A DNA stretch of 64,000 nucleotides from Microbotryum violaceum. Taxonomy: Eukaryota. Of this stretch, positions 1 through 17,550 are shown piece after piece; the stretch's first letter is position 1; the number at the start of each line of letters is the position of its first letter. The stretch spans positions 248,001 to 312,000 of the forward strand of contig CDLV01000019.1 of the NCBI GenBank assembly GCA_001244265.2. The letters run 5' to 3'. The notes below the pieces were generated by a model. It was not told the DNA's origin and ran no database searches. It saw nothing but the letters and a program-made list of their open reading frames with translations. A program made the position numbers and the translations under genes.

Positions 1-182
1 GTACCCGTCCCAATTCAGTTTCGTCCGCACAATTGACGACACGAAATTCGAAACTCTTCTCCAACTGTAAGGCTCGGTTGCCTTACGCTATTTAACTACC
101 CTTCTGATTTCAATATGCATCTATTGAAATCGTCAGTCTTTTGGACCGTGTAACCTAGTCGTGAAGGGCCTGGGGTATTACA
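1..182 (+). mobile_element. Probable 3' end of an LTR inserted into the Ngaro RT ORF
   Basis: A more AT-rich non-coding stretch ends in ...GGGGTATTACA (LTR-like terminus), exactly where the RT frame begins (HPDCALVRSFVHGFRSEGF). That frame is closed upstream by TAA at 151. The 5' end and TSD are outside the window. Confidence 0.4.
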
Positions 183-1839
183 CCAACATCCCGATTGCGC
201 CCTCGTCCGATCGTTCGTTCACGGTTTCCGGTCAGAAGGGTTTGAACCAGAGCACAATGGCAGCGTGGCCTCTGGGGACAACCCCGTGACACTCACCTTC
301 CCGCATTCGGAAGATCATCGCAGCTTCATCCAGACAACAATCGACGTCAAAGTTGCAAAAGGCTGGCTTTCTCCCGGCACCGCGTTCCCCATCCCTGGGG
401 CTACCTATAGCCCGGTCTTTGTGGTCGAGTCAGCCAACCACAGAATGCGAGTCGTCGCCGATCACACAAGGTCTGGCCTCAATGATGGCATATCTTGTGC
501 GGCTTGCCCGACGGTCTACAACTCTATCATTGACTTCATTCGTCTGCTCCGGTAGCACCGCTTTGCCACCAGCTTGCTCTCGGCTAACTCGGTCCTGTGG
601 AAGCTCGACGTCTCTTCGGCATTCAAAGTCCTCGTGATGTCTAAGGATTGGCAGGCCCGCCAGGGCATAGCGATACGCTGCCAATTGCCTGACGGGGCAC
701 TGGTTACGTGGTATCATATCGAATGGCGCGGGGTCTTCGGATGTTGCGCGATGCCCTTCCTCTGGACACGTTTCATGTCACTCGTCGTTTGGATAGCTCA
801 TCACTCCTACGGCATTGAGCACCCCCTCGCCTACATGGACGACGCCTTTGGGGTTGATATCGAGGGCCGTCTAGTTCCTTTCGTTCATAACGGTGAGACC
901 CATGTCATTCCCTTGCAGCAAGCGCGGATGGCAACTCTCCGGAGCTCACTCGGGCTCCCGTTCAAGCTCACGCCCGACAAAGCCCCCTTTGGCCGACGCG
1001 TGACCATCACGGGTATATACTGCGACCTCGACGACTTCTCGATCTCCCTCACACCAAAAACAGTCAACGACCTCGCTACGGCCATCCAGGCTTTCCTGGA
1101 CTTCCCCGGTAGGTGCCCACCTCTGCGGCAATGGCGCCAAATGACAGGCTGGCTCAGCTGGGCTCTGAACATTGCCCCTCAAGCCCGCCCACACGTTACT
1201 CCGCTGTACAACAAGATCGGCACAAAAACGCGGCCCAATGCTGGCGTCCCAATCAACCTGGAAGTCCGCGAGGCGCTCACCTCCATTGCCCACCTGTTGG
1301 CGGCCACCCCGAGGCTCGACCTCAATGCGACCAGCCTCACCCGTTGGTCTCTCTCCGACGCAGATCTCGTCATCTACACCTGTCTCCATAACAACGACGA
1401 CACAGGCGCCGGGCTGGGATTCTGGTTCGCGTCGCCCGGGCAGTGCCACTACTTCACCGCTTGCCCCGGTCGATTCTACAAATGCATCCAGTTTGTGGAA
1501 GCCCTTACCGTCGTGGTTGCCCTCGACCTTGCAACATTGGGCGCCTTCGGCTCCTTCCGGCGCGTTCTGGTGCGCACCGACTCCGCCCCCGCGGTGTACG
1601 CCCTCGACTTGGGCGCCTGCTCCGACACCAAGTTCCTCCCGTTGCGTACTCTGACCCTGCGAGCTTTCGCCACCGCTTCCTCTCGGCGCTTCGACCTCAA
1701 AGTCCAACACGTCGCTGGTAAGCTCAACACGACAGCCGATGACCTGTCCTGTCTCCCGCTTGCGCGACTTCGCCGCGATTTCCCCGCCATTCATGACTTC
1801 GACCCCTCCCTGCGCATGCTGGAGGGGACGCCGTTATGA
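183..1839 (+). pseudogene. Reverse transcriptase / RNase H of the YR retrotransposon (disrupted)
   Basis: One frame carries SPVFVV..MRVVADH, WKLDVSSAF, FGCCAMP, YMDD, WLSWAL, RTDS and NTTADDLS. There is an in-frame TAG at 553-555. The RNase H motif reads IYT-CL (near 1380) where a catalytic Asp (YTDA) is expected. Confidence 0.85.
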
Positions 1840-2875
1840 CACCCACAACACCAGGGGTCGGACGAGGCGTATCCTTCGCCTCCCGGCTCCTGCCCGGACC
1901 GCGTCTACACATGGTCCATCCGCTCGCGGACGACATCGCGTTCTCCGACGAGTTTGTGGCTCGGGCACTCGAACCTTGCACTCGCTCGGACTATCAGCGC
2001 TCCCTCCGGCAGTGGATTGCTTACGTCATGGGTCAGCGGGACATGGGCTACGCGATCGATTGTTACCCAACGGTGTCAACCCTCCGCGCGTTCATCGCTC
2101 GCCGCTACCGCTCGGTGACCGCCGTCCACCAAACACTCTCCGGTCTCGCGCATTGGTTCGGCCCGCTCATGGGCTCGGAATGGAAAGAAGTGCGCTCTAA
2201 TCGCCTGGTCCGGGCTGCAATTGTTGGCGGTCAAAAGCTCTGGCGGCACGCACCTGTCCGGGCGAAACCGCTCCCGTTCGACATGCTCAGTACCACGCTC
2301 CGGCGCGCTCGCTCCGACCCATTGCTTGTCAATAACCATTTGTGCTTCCTCGCAATGCTCGCCTTGGGATTCAGTGCTTGTGCAAGGAGTGGCGAGCTTA
2401 CCCTGCCCGACACTATTCGCTTCCGAGACGCCGACAAGCTGCCCAGCCGCGACTCCGTCGTTGTCTCGAAGACAGGTTTCCGGGTCCGCCTTCCCTACCA
2501 TAAAGCCGACCGACGATGGAGAGGCTCGTTTCTGCAGGTGGTCACCAGGGCAACCGGCCCCCACTTTATCGACGTGCTCTCTCTGTTCCTTGCCGCTCGT
2601 GACTTCCGGTTCCGGACCATGGGAGTCGGCGCGAAGCTCTTTCTGACATCGTCCAGGGCGCCGCCGACACGAAATTGGTTCATCACTTGGTTGCATGGGA
2701 GTTCGGTCGCGAATACTCTGGTCACTCGCTTCGCTCAGGTGGTGCTACTCACTACGCGATATTGGGTTTCCTCCCGGCCGAAATCCAGCCGATTGGACGT
2801 TGGAAGTCAGCGGCTTGGGAGGAATACGTCCGCATCTCCCCCGACCTCAACATGGCCCTCCTAGCTCGGTGGTAA
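1836..2875 (+). pseudogene. Tyrosine recombinase (YR) with one frameshift
   Basis: ARSGEL (Arg) and YHKAD (Lys) lie in ORF 1836-2864. YSGHSLRSGGAT (HxxR), GRWKS and EEYVR (Tyr) lie in the shifted frame ending 2875. Frameshift near 2690-2700. Confidence 0.9.
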
Positions 2876-2912
2876 TCTTCATCTTCCAATCATCAATCGG
2901 GTTACCCCTATA

Positions 2913-2976
2913 CCAGTTTTGCTGCAACTCTGACTCGACTTCGCCTAAAAATAGCTCACGTGTGCAAGCAGCTTTT
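2913..2976 (+). repeat. Split direct repeat copy B1 (64 bp)
   Basis: ccagttttgctgcaactctgactcgacttcgcctaaaaatagctcacgtgtgcaagcagctttt; 60/64 identical to 4461-4524, and all four differences are transitions. Confidence 0.95.
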
Positions 2977-3070
2977 AGGAGAGTTGATGTCTGTTGAGCT
3001 TTAGCGGTAAGAGTTCCACACTCAATGTTCAAGCGCGCATCCGTGCATCCAGTCCCTGACTCAGTGTCAG

Positions 3071-3185
3071 CTTTCCTAGCCTCCCCGGAGTGCTCAGAGC
3101 CTAGCCCTCCCCGCGAGCGGCTCAGCGTACTTTCCTAGCCTCTCCGGAGCGCTCAGCATCCCTAGGCCTCTCTGTGAGTCCTCAG
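3071..3185 (+). repeat. Four degenerate ~28-30 bp tandem units (cctagcctcYccggagYgctcag-like)
   Basis: Units start near 3071, 3100, 3130 and 3161. Units 1 and 3 are nearly identical. Confidence 0.75.
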
Positions 3186-3784
3186 AGTCTTTCCACCCCT
3201 CAAGCGTATTTGCGTCCGCGCCGCTTACTCCTCCTCGGTTCCGCACCGTCGACGCTTTCTGTTGCCAGCCCGCTGCTCCAGCACTGCCACCCTCTGCCAA
3301 GGGTCAGTTAGCCACCACCCTATGATCCTCATCCAAGCAATCCGTTGCTCACGCGAAGCCCCCCTCGCACAGGATTTACAGCAGCCGCTGCCTCCAGAAA
3401 ACCCTCGACGCCCGCAGGCCCTGCCACGCGTTCGAGGTAAGTGTCCAGATTACGCTCGGCTAGTTGCACGACGTACTCATTATTCACTTGCATCACAGCA
3501 GTCTCCGCACAAGCTTTTGTACGAAACTGCCCTTCCTACCGGAACGCCCTAGTTGGATGATCCAAGCTGACGCCTAGCATTCTATAGGCTACCTCCGCCG
3601 AGACCGCACTAAGTGCTTCAATTCTCATTGACATTCGTGCTACGCCTCGCAAAGCCCATGTCATAGTTGCACGTCACTAAATACAATCTTTGCTACGCCT
3701 CGCAAAGACCTCTGTTTTGAGCTTCCCGCCCGCCTTCCCTTGTTCACCTATCCTCTTTTTTTTCCACTTTTCCTTTTTTCCTAA

Positions 3785-4429
<645 letters not shown>

Positions 4430-4444
4430 GACTGTGCTTGTTAG

Positions 4445-9170
<4,726 letters not shown>

Positions 9171-10196
9171 AGGAGAGTTGACACGCAAACCCCTCGGGTA
9201 CAGCTCCAACCCTATGTCGGTCTGCGCTCGATGTGTTGACAGAGCTCAGCATCGAATCACGTATTGCTCAAGGTGCGCCAGCCGTCGGATCGCGCTCGCC
9301 GCTTTCCGAGTGCCTGAGTGCCGCCGACTCGTGCCGAATGAGACTGATCCTCTTCGTCTCCCATATCGGTCTCGAAACGCGATCAACACTCCACAATACA
9401 CCGGGAACTCCGCGCATCCCCCAGGGAATGTCAGGTCGCAGATTACCCTTCGCATAAGCCTTACTGCGGTGGGGACGAACTCTACCTGCTTGCGCCGAAT
9501 CATCAGGTCACCGACTACTTGATCCAACAAGTCACTATGCTCGGCAATTGCAACGACCCCTCACTGGCGTATTACTACTTGCCCAACATCGATAGTCCAG
9601 CTCCGACTTCAAACGACTCGGATGGCGGTGCCTCGTCTCGGATCGCGAGCTACGTGCCGATACACGTACCCCCGAAGATCGGTCAACTCAAGCTTCGATC
9701 CGAGTAGTCCGCGAACCTCTCTTCCTCGAATGCAACCTCGTTTCGTTGAAGTTGCTTTACTCCCTCCTATCACCTTATCTACCCGAAGTGATGGCTCCGA
9801 ATCCTGAAACACTTGCTACCGGCTCCACGTCTCTCAATGGGAACGGTCAAGACGCGTCCTGGATCCGTCGACTCAGTCTCGAGTACTCAATCGACCTGCA
9901 AAAGACTCTGGACGAAGAGAAGGAGCCTGACGAGTAGCAGTTGATGCAAGACATCGGAGGCAAAGGCAATTTTCACGTATTGCGTAAGTGCGGTGTTCGG
10001 TGCGGACGAAAAGCTGTCTTGCGAACGCGCGTATAGTCGATTGGCAACTGCTAGAAGCCGAGCGGAGTCGGCTGAAAGCTGACAGCAATTGTTAGAGCAC
10101 CATAGATCTCGTTCTCTTTCAGAGTTCTGCTTGGCTCACGAATGCAAACGCAAAGCCCGTTACACAATTTCGATGCCCTGGCAGCGGATGAGACTA

Positions 10197-10270
10197 AACA
10201 GACACTGTACCGCCGGAGAACAGCTTATATAGAACAGACACCGTACCGCCGGAGAACAGCTTATATAGAA
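10197..10270. repeat. 36-bp tandem duplication downstream of the PAQR gene
   Basis: aacagacacYgtaccgccggagaacagcttatatag x2, one mismatch. Confidence 0.9.
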
Positions 10271-10356
10271 AGATGGAATGAACAACAATGTATTCGCAAC
10301 AAATAAAATCCTAAACTGACAGTTGATAGAGCACGGACGTCTCCGGGTAAATACAC

Positions 10357-12711
10357 TCACGGGACCGGGGAGTAAGAGCAAGAGTTGAGAAGATTCGTCG
10401 CCGAGCACGAAAGATCCATGCCCTGACTGGCCAAGTCCGCCCACCCTGATAGCGCCCACCAATGCGCCCACACCGCAAAGACAATAGCGACTGTGCCCCA
10501 ATCCCGAAAAATATCGCTTTAGTGTCAAGGTCAAGTAAACTAAGTGCCATCCCTACTCACCATGCCAGACCTGGTGACTCGCGAAAAAGATGTCCCAGCG
10601 CCCTGGTGCCGTGCATTCCGGAAACTGATAACCATAGAATGACAGTCCAACCAGATAGGCGCTGACAGACAGCCCGACCGGCATGAGGTACTTGACCGTG
10701 TCGAACAATCCGTACAGAATCGCCATGTGCAAGACGGGCATGATTGCACTGCCGCCCAATGACAAGAAGAACGCGATGCGTACACTCTTGTACTCCCGTT
10801 CGTTGAACCATGCCTGCCAGGGAAAGACCATGCCCATGACACCGAGTGCCCCAGAAAAGACGATGTAGACCGTGGCGAGTTGAGGGCGGCAGTAGAAGCC
10901 GTAGTATTCGATTCCCATCACCGAAGCGGCGATGAGGCCCGAAATGCCAACGTAATCGACGCACGCGGCGCCTCGGTGCCAATGATCCGTCGCACATCCA
11001 GCCATGAGATGCCAGGCCGTAGAGCACAGAAGGCACTTCATGGCGGCACCAACGAAAACGAGCGCGATTGCTGTGTCGGCCCAGTGCGAGTTCGGCAACC
11101 AATGAGGCGAGCCCGGCATGACGTAGACGAGCAGATAGACGAGTGAAAGGAAGCCAACGAAATGGGACTGAGAGACCGTCCACCACTACGTCAGCAAACT
11201 GTTCTAAGTTGGGAACGAGCTAATGTGGCTTTCTCACATCAGTGACTCACTTGAATGTTGATGGTCTCATTGTGAATCTCAAAAGCGGATCGTAGCAAGA
11301 CACCCCAGCGTTCGATCGGATAGAACCGATAGCCCGTGATGATGTGCTCGTTATTGCGCCACGGGAATGGCAGCTCTTCGTACCTCAGCAGACGCTCTTT
11401 GCCTCGTGACAATGCGGCATGGTAGAACTTGGCCGCCTCGTCGAGTGCAGCACTGCTCGATGACGAGAGCAGCGCTGTCAGCTCGTTTGCGCCGTCCTGC
11501 AGATGCGCGACACCGGCCTGTAGGCTGTCGGAGGCCTCGTTGCGAAGGGTACGTAGATTATTCGACACTTTGTCGAACGTTGCCGTGCCAGGTCGGTACC
11601 TCTGCAGCGCTCCACCGAGACGGGTCGACTCCGCAGCAAAGTAGTCGCGCATCTCGGTCAGCACAACTGCAGGGGTCGATGGCAAGGTGGGCAGAGTGGG
11701 CATGAAGGACGACACCCGCTCGGTTGTTGAGTGCGAGTTGAGCACGTGCTGCAGTGCGGCCAACTCGCTGGATACGCGTGAGAGCAAAGCCGAGGCAGAG
11801 TCTGACGCACGTTGCCGGCCATTGTCGAATCGAGCGCGGAAGTTGAGTCGGGGTAGCGAGGGGATCGGATGGTCTTCGAGGAAGTGGTCGAGTGCCTGTC
11901 GGGCCTCGGGTGAAAGTTGGAACTGCACAAGCGCGGGCAAAGTCGTGCCATCGACGTAGGTTGGAGAATTGAGCGTCGACAAGGAGGGCCACCCGCTGCG
12001 AACTGCGTTGAGAAATCGCGAGGCCTTGGTGATGAAAAGCTCGAGCGCGCTGATCTCTTGCTTGACCTGCTCCCAGGTCGGCTGGCCCTTTGCCGTGAGT
12101 GCGGGGTCGACGGCAGCTCTCCGCCGCCGTGACCTGACGGCGTTCACGATGACGTCGCACTCGGATTCGCTCAGCTTGGCCAGACTCTCGATCTCGTCGT
12201 CGTAGGTCTCGAGCGCTTCGTTGTCGCGCTGCTCATTCTCGGTCTCGGTCTCGGTTTCGGGTTCTACGCAACTGGAATCACCGCTGCGGCAGTCCTCTGA
12301 TTCACTTTCCGCGACATAGATTTTGAGCAGCTGTATATTGTGCTCGACCTGGTCGACTCGACCGAGCACGTACTCGCGTAGAGTCCAGATGGAGCCGGAC
12401 AAATCGAGCGAGGTGAGAAGGGCCGAGCCATAGTCGAGTGACGAGGCCGATGACGATAATGGTGGGCACATGGTGTGGTGCATCGACTTGGCCCTTGGTC
12501 GCAAGGTCGGGCGCTTGGATTGGTCTACGTCGGACAGTGCATCAACGGGAGTTTCGGCCGAATTCGGTGATGAGGGGGGTGAGAGTGAGATCGCCGGCTG
12601 TGCGGGTGCACAGAACGGCGACGACAATGCCGGGCCCGAGGAGGAAGCCGAAGCCGAAGGGCCCGAGGTTGAAACGCGGCTCGATCGACGCCGACTCATT
12701 GTGCTGGACAT
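10357..12711 (-). CDS. PAQR / hemolysin-III family membrane protein (IZH3-like), 3 exons
   Basis: Exons 12711-11251, 11167-10561, 10490-10357. Motifs WRNNEHIITGYR, HNETINIQSH, STAWH, DYVGI, FPEC..PGRWD..ASHQVWH. Long N-terminal extension. Confidence 0.9.
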
Positions 12712-13775
12712 GGTGGAATAGCTGTGGGCACTGAGCAGAGACTATGGGATGAACAAGGGAGGAGAGTCGGATCAGCGCCGTCGATGAGCCGGAACGGTTA
12801 ATGCGCATCGTCGGTCGTCATCTAATTCGAATGCCACACACGCGCTATTACCAAGCGGGAGGCGCCGCCACCAGGCCGGTAAGCGATGCCGCATGCGTCG
12901 CAGCCGACAACGGGGGCAGCAGGGGCAACAGGCGGGACATTTGAGCACGGCACAGCAGACGGATGGATCGAACCGGTTGAAATCCTACCGCAAATGGCAC
13001 GGAAGCCTCAGCCACGCACCGCAGCCGCATCATGCGCATCCGTGGCCGCGATTCGCAGCCGCTCCGACGGCCTCGGCCTCCACCGTACACGGCATGCAGG
13101 TTTTGTCGAATGCGAAGCAAGGCACATCCGAAGTTGGAATGAAGGCTTTTAGACCCAGATCGATAGCAGCCGAGGCAGTGGCGACGTTGGCGTCAACAAT
13201 CCTGAAGTCCGCGTCAACGAGTGAGAACTAACCCTGCTTCGAGTGGCCCGCGGGGGGGGGGTCGTTGCGGCACACTGGGTCGCAAGGGATGGGTTGTGGT
13301 AGATTCGGGGTATCGGGCCGCTACCGTTAGAGTGTACACAGGGGCGGAGTTGCCGAGCTAGTGCGGTATGGCACCGTAGTGCTTCGCAGAGACAAAGGTT
13401 GGGCTCGGAACGAGTGGTGAATTGCCCTTAGGGGGTATTTAAGCCCAAATCTACTGGTCTCGGGGCGTCGGAGTCGGTTATGAGGCCCAACTAAACAGGT
13501 ACCCTGGTTCCACACCGAGTTGCCTCAATTCGATTTTCGTCGGGGAATTTTGTTTGATCGCGCAAAAAATCTGGACTAACCGTTCAGCAATTGAGTAGTT
13601 CCCAGGTCCGCACTGGGCCCGACAAGCTCAAGTAGCGACTCCAACTTGAAGTGCTCCCTACAGCCACTGGTCTGCCGTTCGAGTGAATCGCCGGGCGCTG
13701 GCCCGTTCACGCCCTCTACCACTCTCTCATACCGGTCCCTCGCTCGTCCCCGTCTTCCTCCGTAGCACCCAAGCC

Positions 13776-15901
13776 ATGGCCTCCCTCCTCCCCTCGTGGA
13801 CGCGCATGGCGCTTCGCACGTCGTCGCAAGCCCGCTCTCGTGCCGCTGCGGCCGCCGCCATCGCCAGACCGGCCCCAGCCGTCGGAGCCTCACGCGCCTA
13901 CTCAGGTTACGGACGAGAGCTGGCCGGCTTGACCGAGGATCAGAGCGAGCTGCGGGAGTCGATTGCGAGCTTCGTTGATACTCATGTCGCTCCCTTGGCC
14001 GACCAAACGGATAAGGTCAGTCGCACGTTGTCTCGCTCTGGATCGAGGCGGTGGCAAAGCGGTCCGGCACCTGAGCTCAGCGCTCATCATCCGCGGGCGG
14101 GTCGGCCTGACCTGGTCGGGGTGGGGCTCATCTTTGGCTCGCTTCGGCAAACCGAGTCGACCCTCCGCTCGACTCGCGACGCGAACCGATTCATCATCAG
14201 TAACTGACTCATGTCTTCGATGTGCACAGGAGAATGCGTTTCCGATGCAGCTATGGGAAAAGTTTGGCGAGATGGGAATTCTCGGCATCACCGCACCCGA
14301 AGAGTGAGTGTCAGATGGCCTGAACAGGCCTGAACCTAAGCATGCGGGCACCCCGGAGAGATTGACTGCACTGCGTTCGGCTTCTCCTCTCGCGAGTCCA
14401 AACCAGGGCTAACGCATGATCTAGTCCACGTGGTGCAGGTATGGTGGACTGAACAAGAGCTACCTCGAACACGTTATTGTCATGGAAGAGGTGAGTGACG
14501 AGCGATGCTCGCCAGCGCTGCGCTCGCGCGTTGGCCCACGCCACAACCCTTCTGAAGCCTTCCGATCCCGGCGGCACGATCGGGATCGCCGCCGTGCTGT
14601 CAAATGAACGCTCTCGCTGATCACACTCGCCTGATGATACCCACCTACCTCGCTTCTTTTCGGATTGATGCAGCTCTCACGCGCATCCGGCTCGATTGCA
14701 CTGTCGTATGGAGCCCACTCGAATCTCTGCATCAATCAAGTCAGTCCCGTGCCTAGCCCTCCGGGTCGCACTTCCCCTGCTGCGCCGGCTCTCGAATCTC
14801 GACGCCGTGATACTGACCGTGCTTGGCACCCACTTGTGCCCACCTTCCCGATCATTGATAGCTCGTCCGAAATGGTAACGATGCCCAAAAGGCAAAGTAC
14901 CTTCCCGACCTCATCTCGGGCAAAAAGGTCGGTTCCTTGGCCATGAGCGAACCGGGGAGTGGGTCCGACGTCGTCAGCATGAAGCTCAAGGCCGAAAAGA
15001 AGGAGGATCGATACGTCCTCAACGGCAACAAGTTTTGGATCACCAACGGACCCGATGCGTCCACTTTGCTCGTCTACGCTAAGACCGAGCCAGACAAGGG
15101 ATCCAAGGGCATCACGACATTTATTATCGAAAAGGGGATGAAAGGCTTCTCGACCCATCAGAAACTCGACAAGTTCGGTATGCGCGGAAGCAATACGTGC
15201 GAACTCGTATTCGAAGACTGTGAAGTGCCTGAGGAGAACGTTCTCGGCCCCGTCAACGGGGGTGCCCGCGTCTTGATGTCGGGCCTCGACCTCGAACGAC
15301 TGGTGCTGTCCGGTGGTCCGCTAGGCTTGATGCAAGCCGCTTTCGACGTCGCGATCCCCTACGTTCATGAACGGGAGCAGTTCGGACAGGCTGTCGGGAC
15401 TTTCCAACTGATGCAGGGCAAGATCGCCGACATGTATACTAAGCTGTCGGCGACGCGAGCTTACGTCTATGCCGTTGGGCGGGCCTGCGATGCTGGTCAT
15501 GTCAGTCGACGCGACTGCGCAGGCGTCATCTTGTATTCAAGTGACCGAGCGATGGAGATAACCCTTGAGGCGATGCAGATGTTGGGTGGCAACGGATACA
15601 TCAAGTGAGTGTCTCGATCGAGATGAGCTTCGAAATTCCTCGAGCTGCATCGACTGACCTCAACGACTTGGGCCTGTGACTTTTAGCGACTACCCCACGG
15701 GACGATTGGTGCGGGATGCGCAGTTGTACCGTGTGGTGAGTTTCTGGGGGAAAGCATACAAGCTCCTTTCTCTCGATGCTATAAGGGAGGCAAAGAATCT
15801 GACGGAGAGCCTGATTTTCTCGACAGGGTGCCGGTACATGCGAGGTTCGACGTTTGTTGATTGGCCGAGAGTTCAATCAGGAGTTTGGGATACGTAGCTA
15901 G
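13776..15901 (+). CDS. IVD: Isovaleryl-CoA dehydrogenase, mitochondrial (multi-exon)
   Basis: [59 protein letters not shown] and GAGT.EVRR. Exons splice in frame, with an Arg/Ala-rich presequence. Confidence 0.93.
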
Positions 15902-16327
15902 AGAGGGCCGAACCCCTGGTCTTGGATCGTCAAGAGCCGGTCGTGGTCTGGAATGTGATAAATATGCCCCTGGCAAATGAGTTACGCGAGAGTATGGTCC
16001 GTAGGCTCTTGCGCCCCAGGTCCGAGTCAAACCCGTTCGCTAGAAGGGGGTTTGCAGAGAGGCCACCGAGAGTGTTCTTCCTTGAAATGCTGTTCTCTGG
16101 AGTGGCAGGGGAGGAATTGTCCATAGGAAAAGAGATCGTATTTCATACGTTCGATACAGATCATCAAATTATTTCCTACCAAAGCTAGGTAGTCGACCAT
16201 TCAACGACAGCGCCAAAAAACAGGCCACCATTGAAGCACCTCGCGGAAAGAATCGAGACCACCTCGTTCCCTTCCAAGGAACATTGCCAACTTGTCTTTT
16301 TCTTTTTCAAAATCGACATTCGGATCC

Positions 16328-17550
16328 TTAAGCCGACGTCAGGTTGGCCTTCCACTCCTTGGATGCCTTGACCAGAGGTTGCTTGTGGCCCGACTTCTTG
16401 GCCTTGCCTTCCTTGGCCGACTTCTCCGCCGCGAGGGCTTGACGGATCGACGTCTTGGCGTAAGGGTTTAGGCGGAACAAGACGGCTCGGTTCTTGAGCG
16501 CATTTTTGCGCTGGACGTTGGCGCGCTTGGTTGTGGGGGCACCGGCGGCTTTGACGACGGATTGGATTTCGCTGAAGAAGAAAAGAGGGCATAGAGCTTA
16601 GAGGGTCAGCGAAGATGCCATTTTTGGGCCTGATGGCCGAGTGAGATAATCATGACCAAGAAAACTGACTCGGAGTTGATGATGCGGGTGACATCGGGGT
16701 TAGTGATCTTGGAGATGGGGAGGGTGTAGCCCTTCTTAAGGGTCGAGGCCTTCTCGTAGGTGCCGAACACCTCGTCGAGCTGGGCGAAAGCGCCCTCGGT
16801 CCAGATGACGAATCGACCCAGGTGACCTCCGGGTGCGAGTTGGAGAAGGTTGAGGCTTCGGACGTTAGCGGTCTCGACGCCGGGAATGTTGCGGAACGCC
16901 TTGACGATGCCCTTGTCCTCGTTGTAGACGATCAGGGGGCCGCGGCGTTGGCGGTGCTTGCGGTTGCGGGCCTTACCCTTACCGGCGCGGACCTTCTTGG
17001 ACGCGATGACCTTCGTGACGTCAGCGTGGGCGTGGAGGCCCTGGAGCGCGGCGACGGCGGCCTTGGTCTTTTGGATCGACTCGACCGACGACGAGACGAC
17101 GAGGGGGATCTCGGAAACGGCCTCGATGCGGTGGCCACGGGCGAGGACGAGCGAGGGGAGAGCGGTGGCCGCGACAGCCGAAACAACGGCGAATCGCTTC
17201 TGGTTCAGGTTGACCTTGACGTGCCACTTGCGCCAAACCTTGGTCGGCGCGAACATGCGACCGCCTCGGCACATGTTACCGAACGCAGCTTGGCCCGAAC
17301 GGTGCGTTCCTCCACCACCGACACGGGGGATACGCGCGACGGCACGACCGGTTCCCCACGACTCGGCCGAGGTCTGGTGACCGGCATTCTCGGCGACGGA
17401 GTAGGCCTGGCGACGGTTCTTGGCGACCGACTTGTGGATCTGCGCCACGACATCGTTACGGATCGGCGCGGTGAAGACGGCGGGCAAAGGGAGCGTGCTC
17501 GTCGACTCGCCTTCGAGCGAGCGCACTTGAACAACGGGACGCGAGGCCAT
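16328..17550 (-). CDS. RPL4: 60S ribosomal protein L4 (uL4)
   Basis: MASRPVV.., [30 protein letters not shown]. Exons 17550-16670 and 16571-16328, with a probable 5'UTR intron at ~17558-17811. Confidence 0.97.

Noticed and set aside
9920-10020. Hammerhead ribozyme core (CTGACGA...GAAA)
   Set aside because: The required stems could not be formed by eye.
9171-10100. Short ORFs resembling a decayed gene
   Set aside because: Multiple stops and no motif I can assign.
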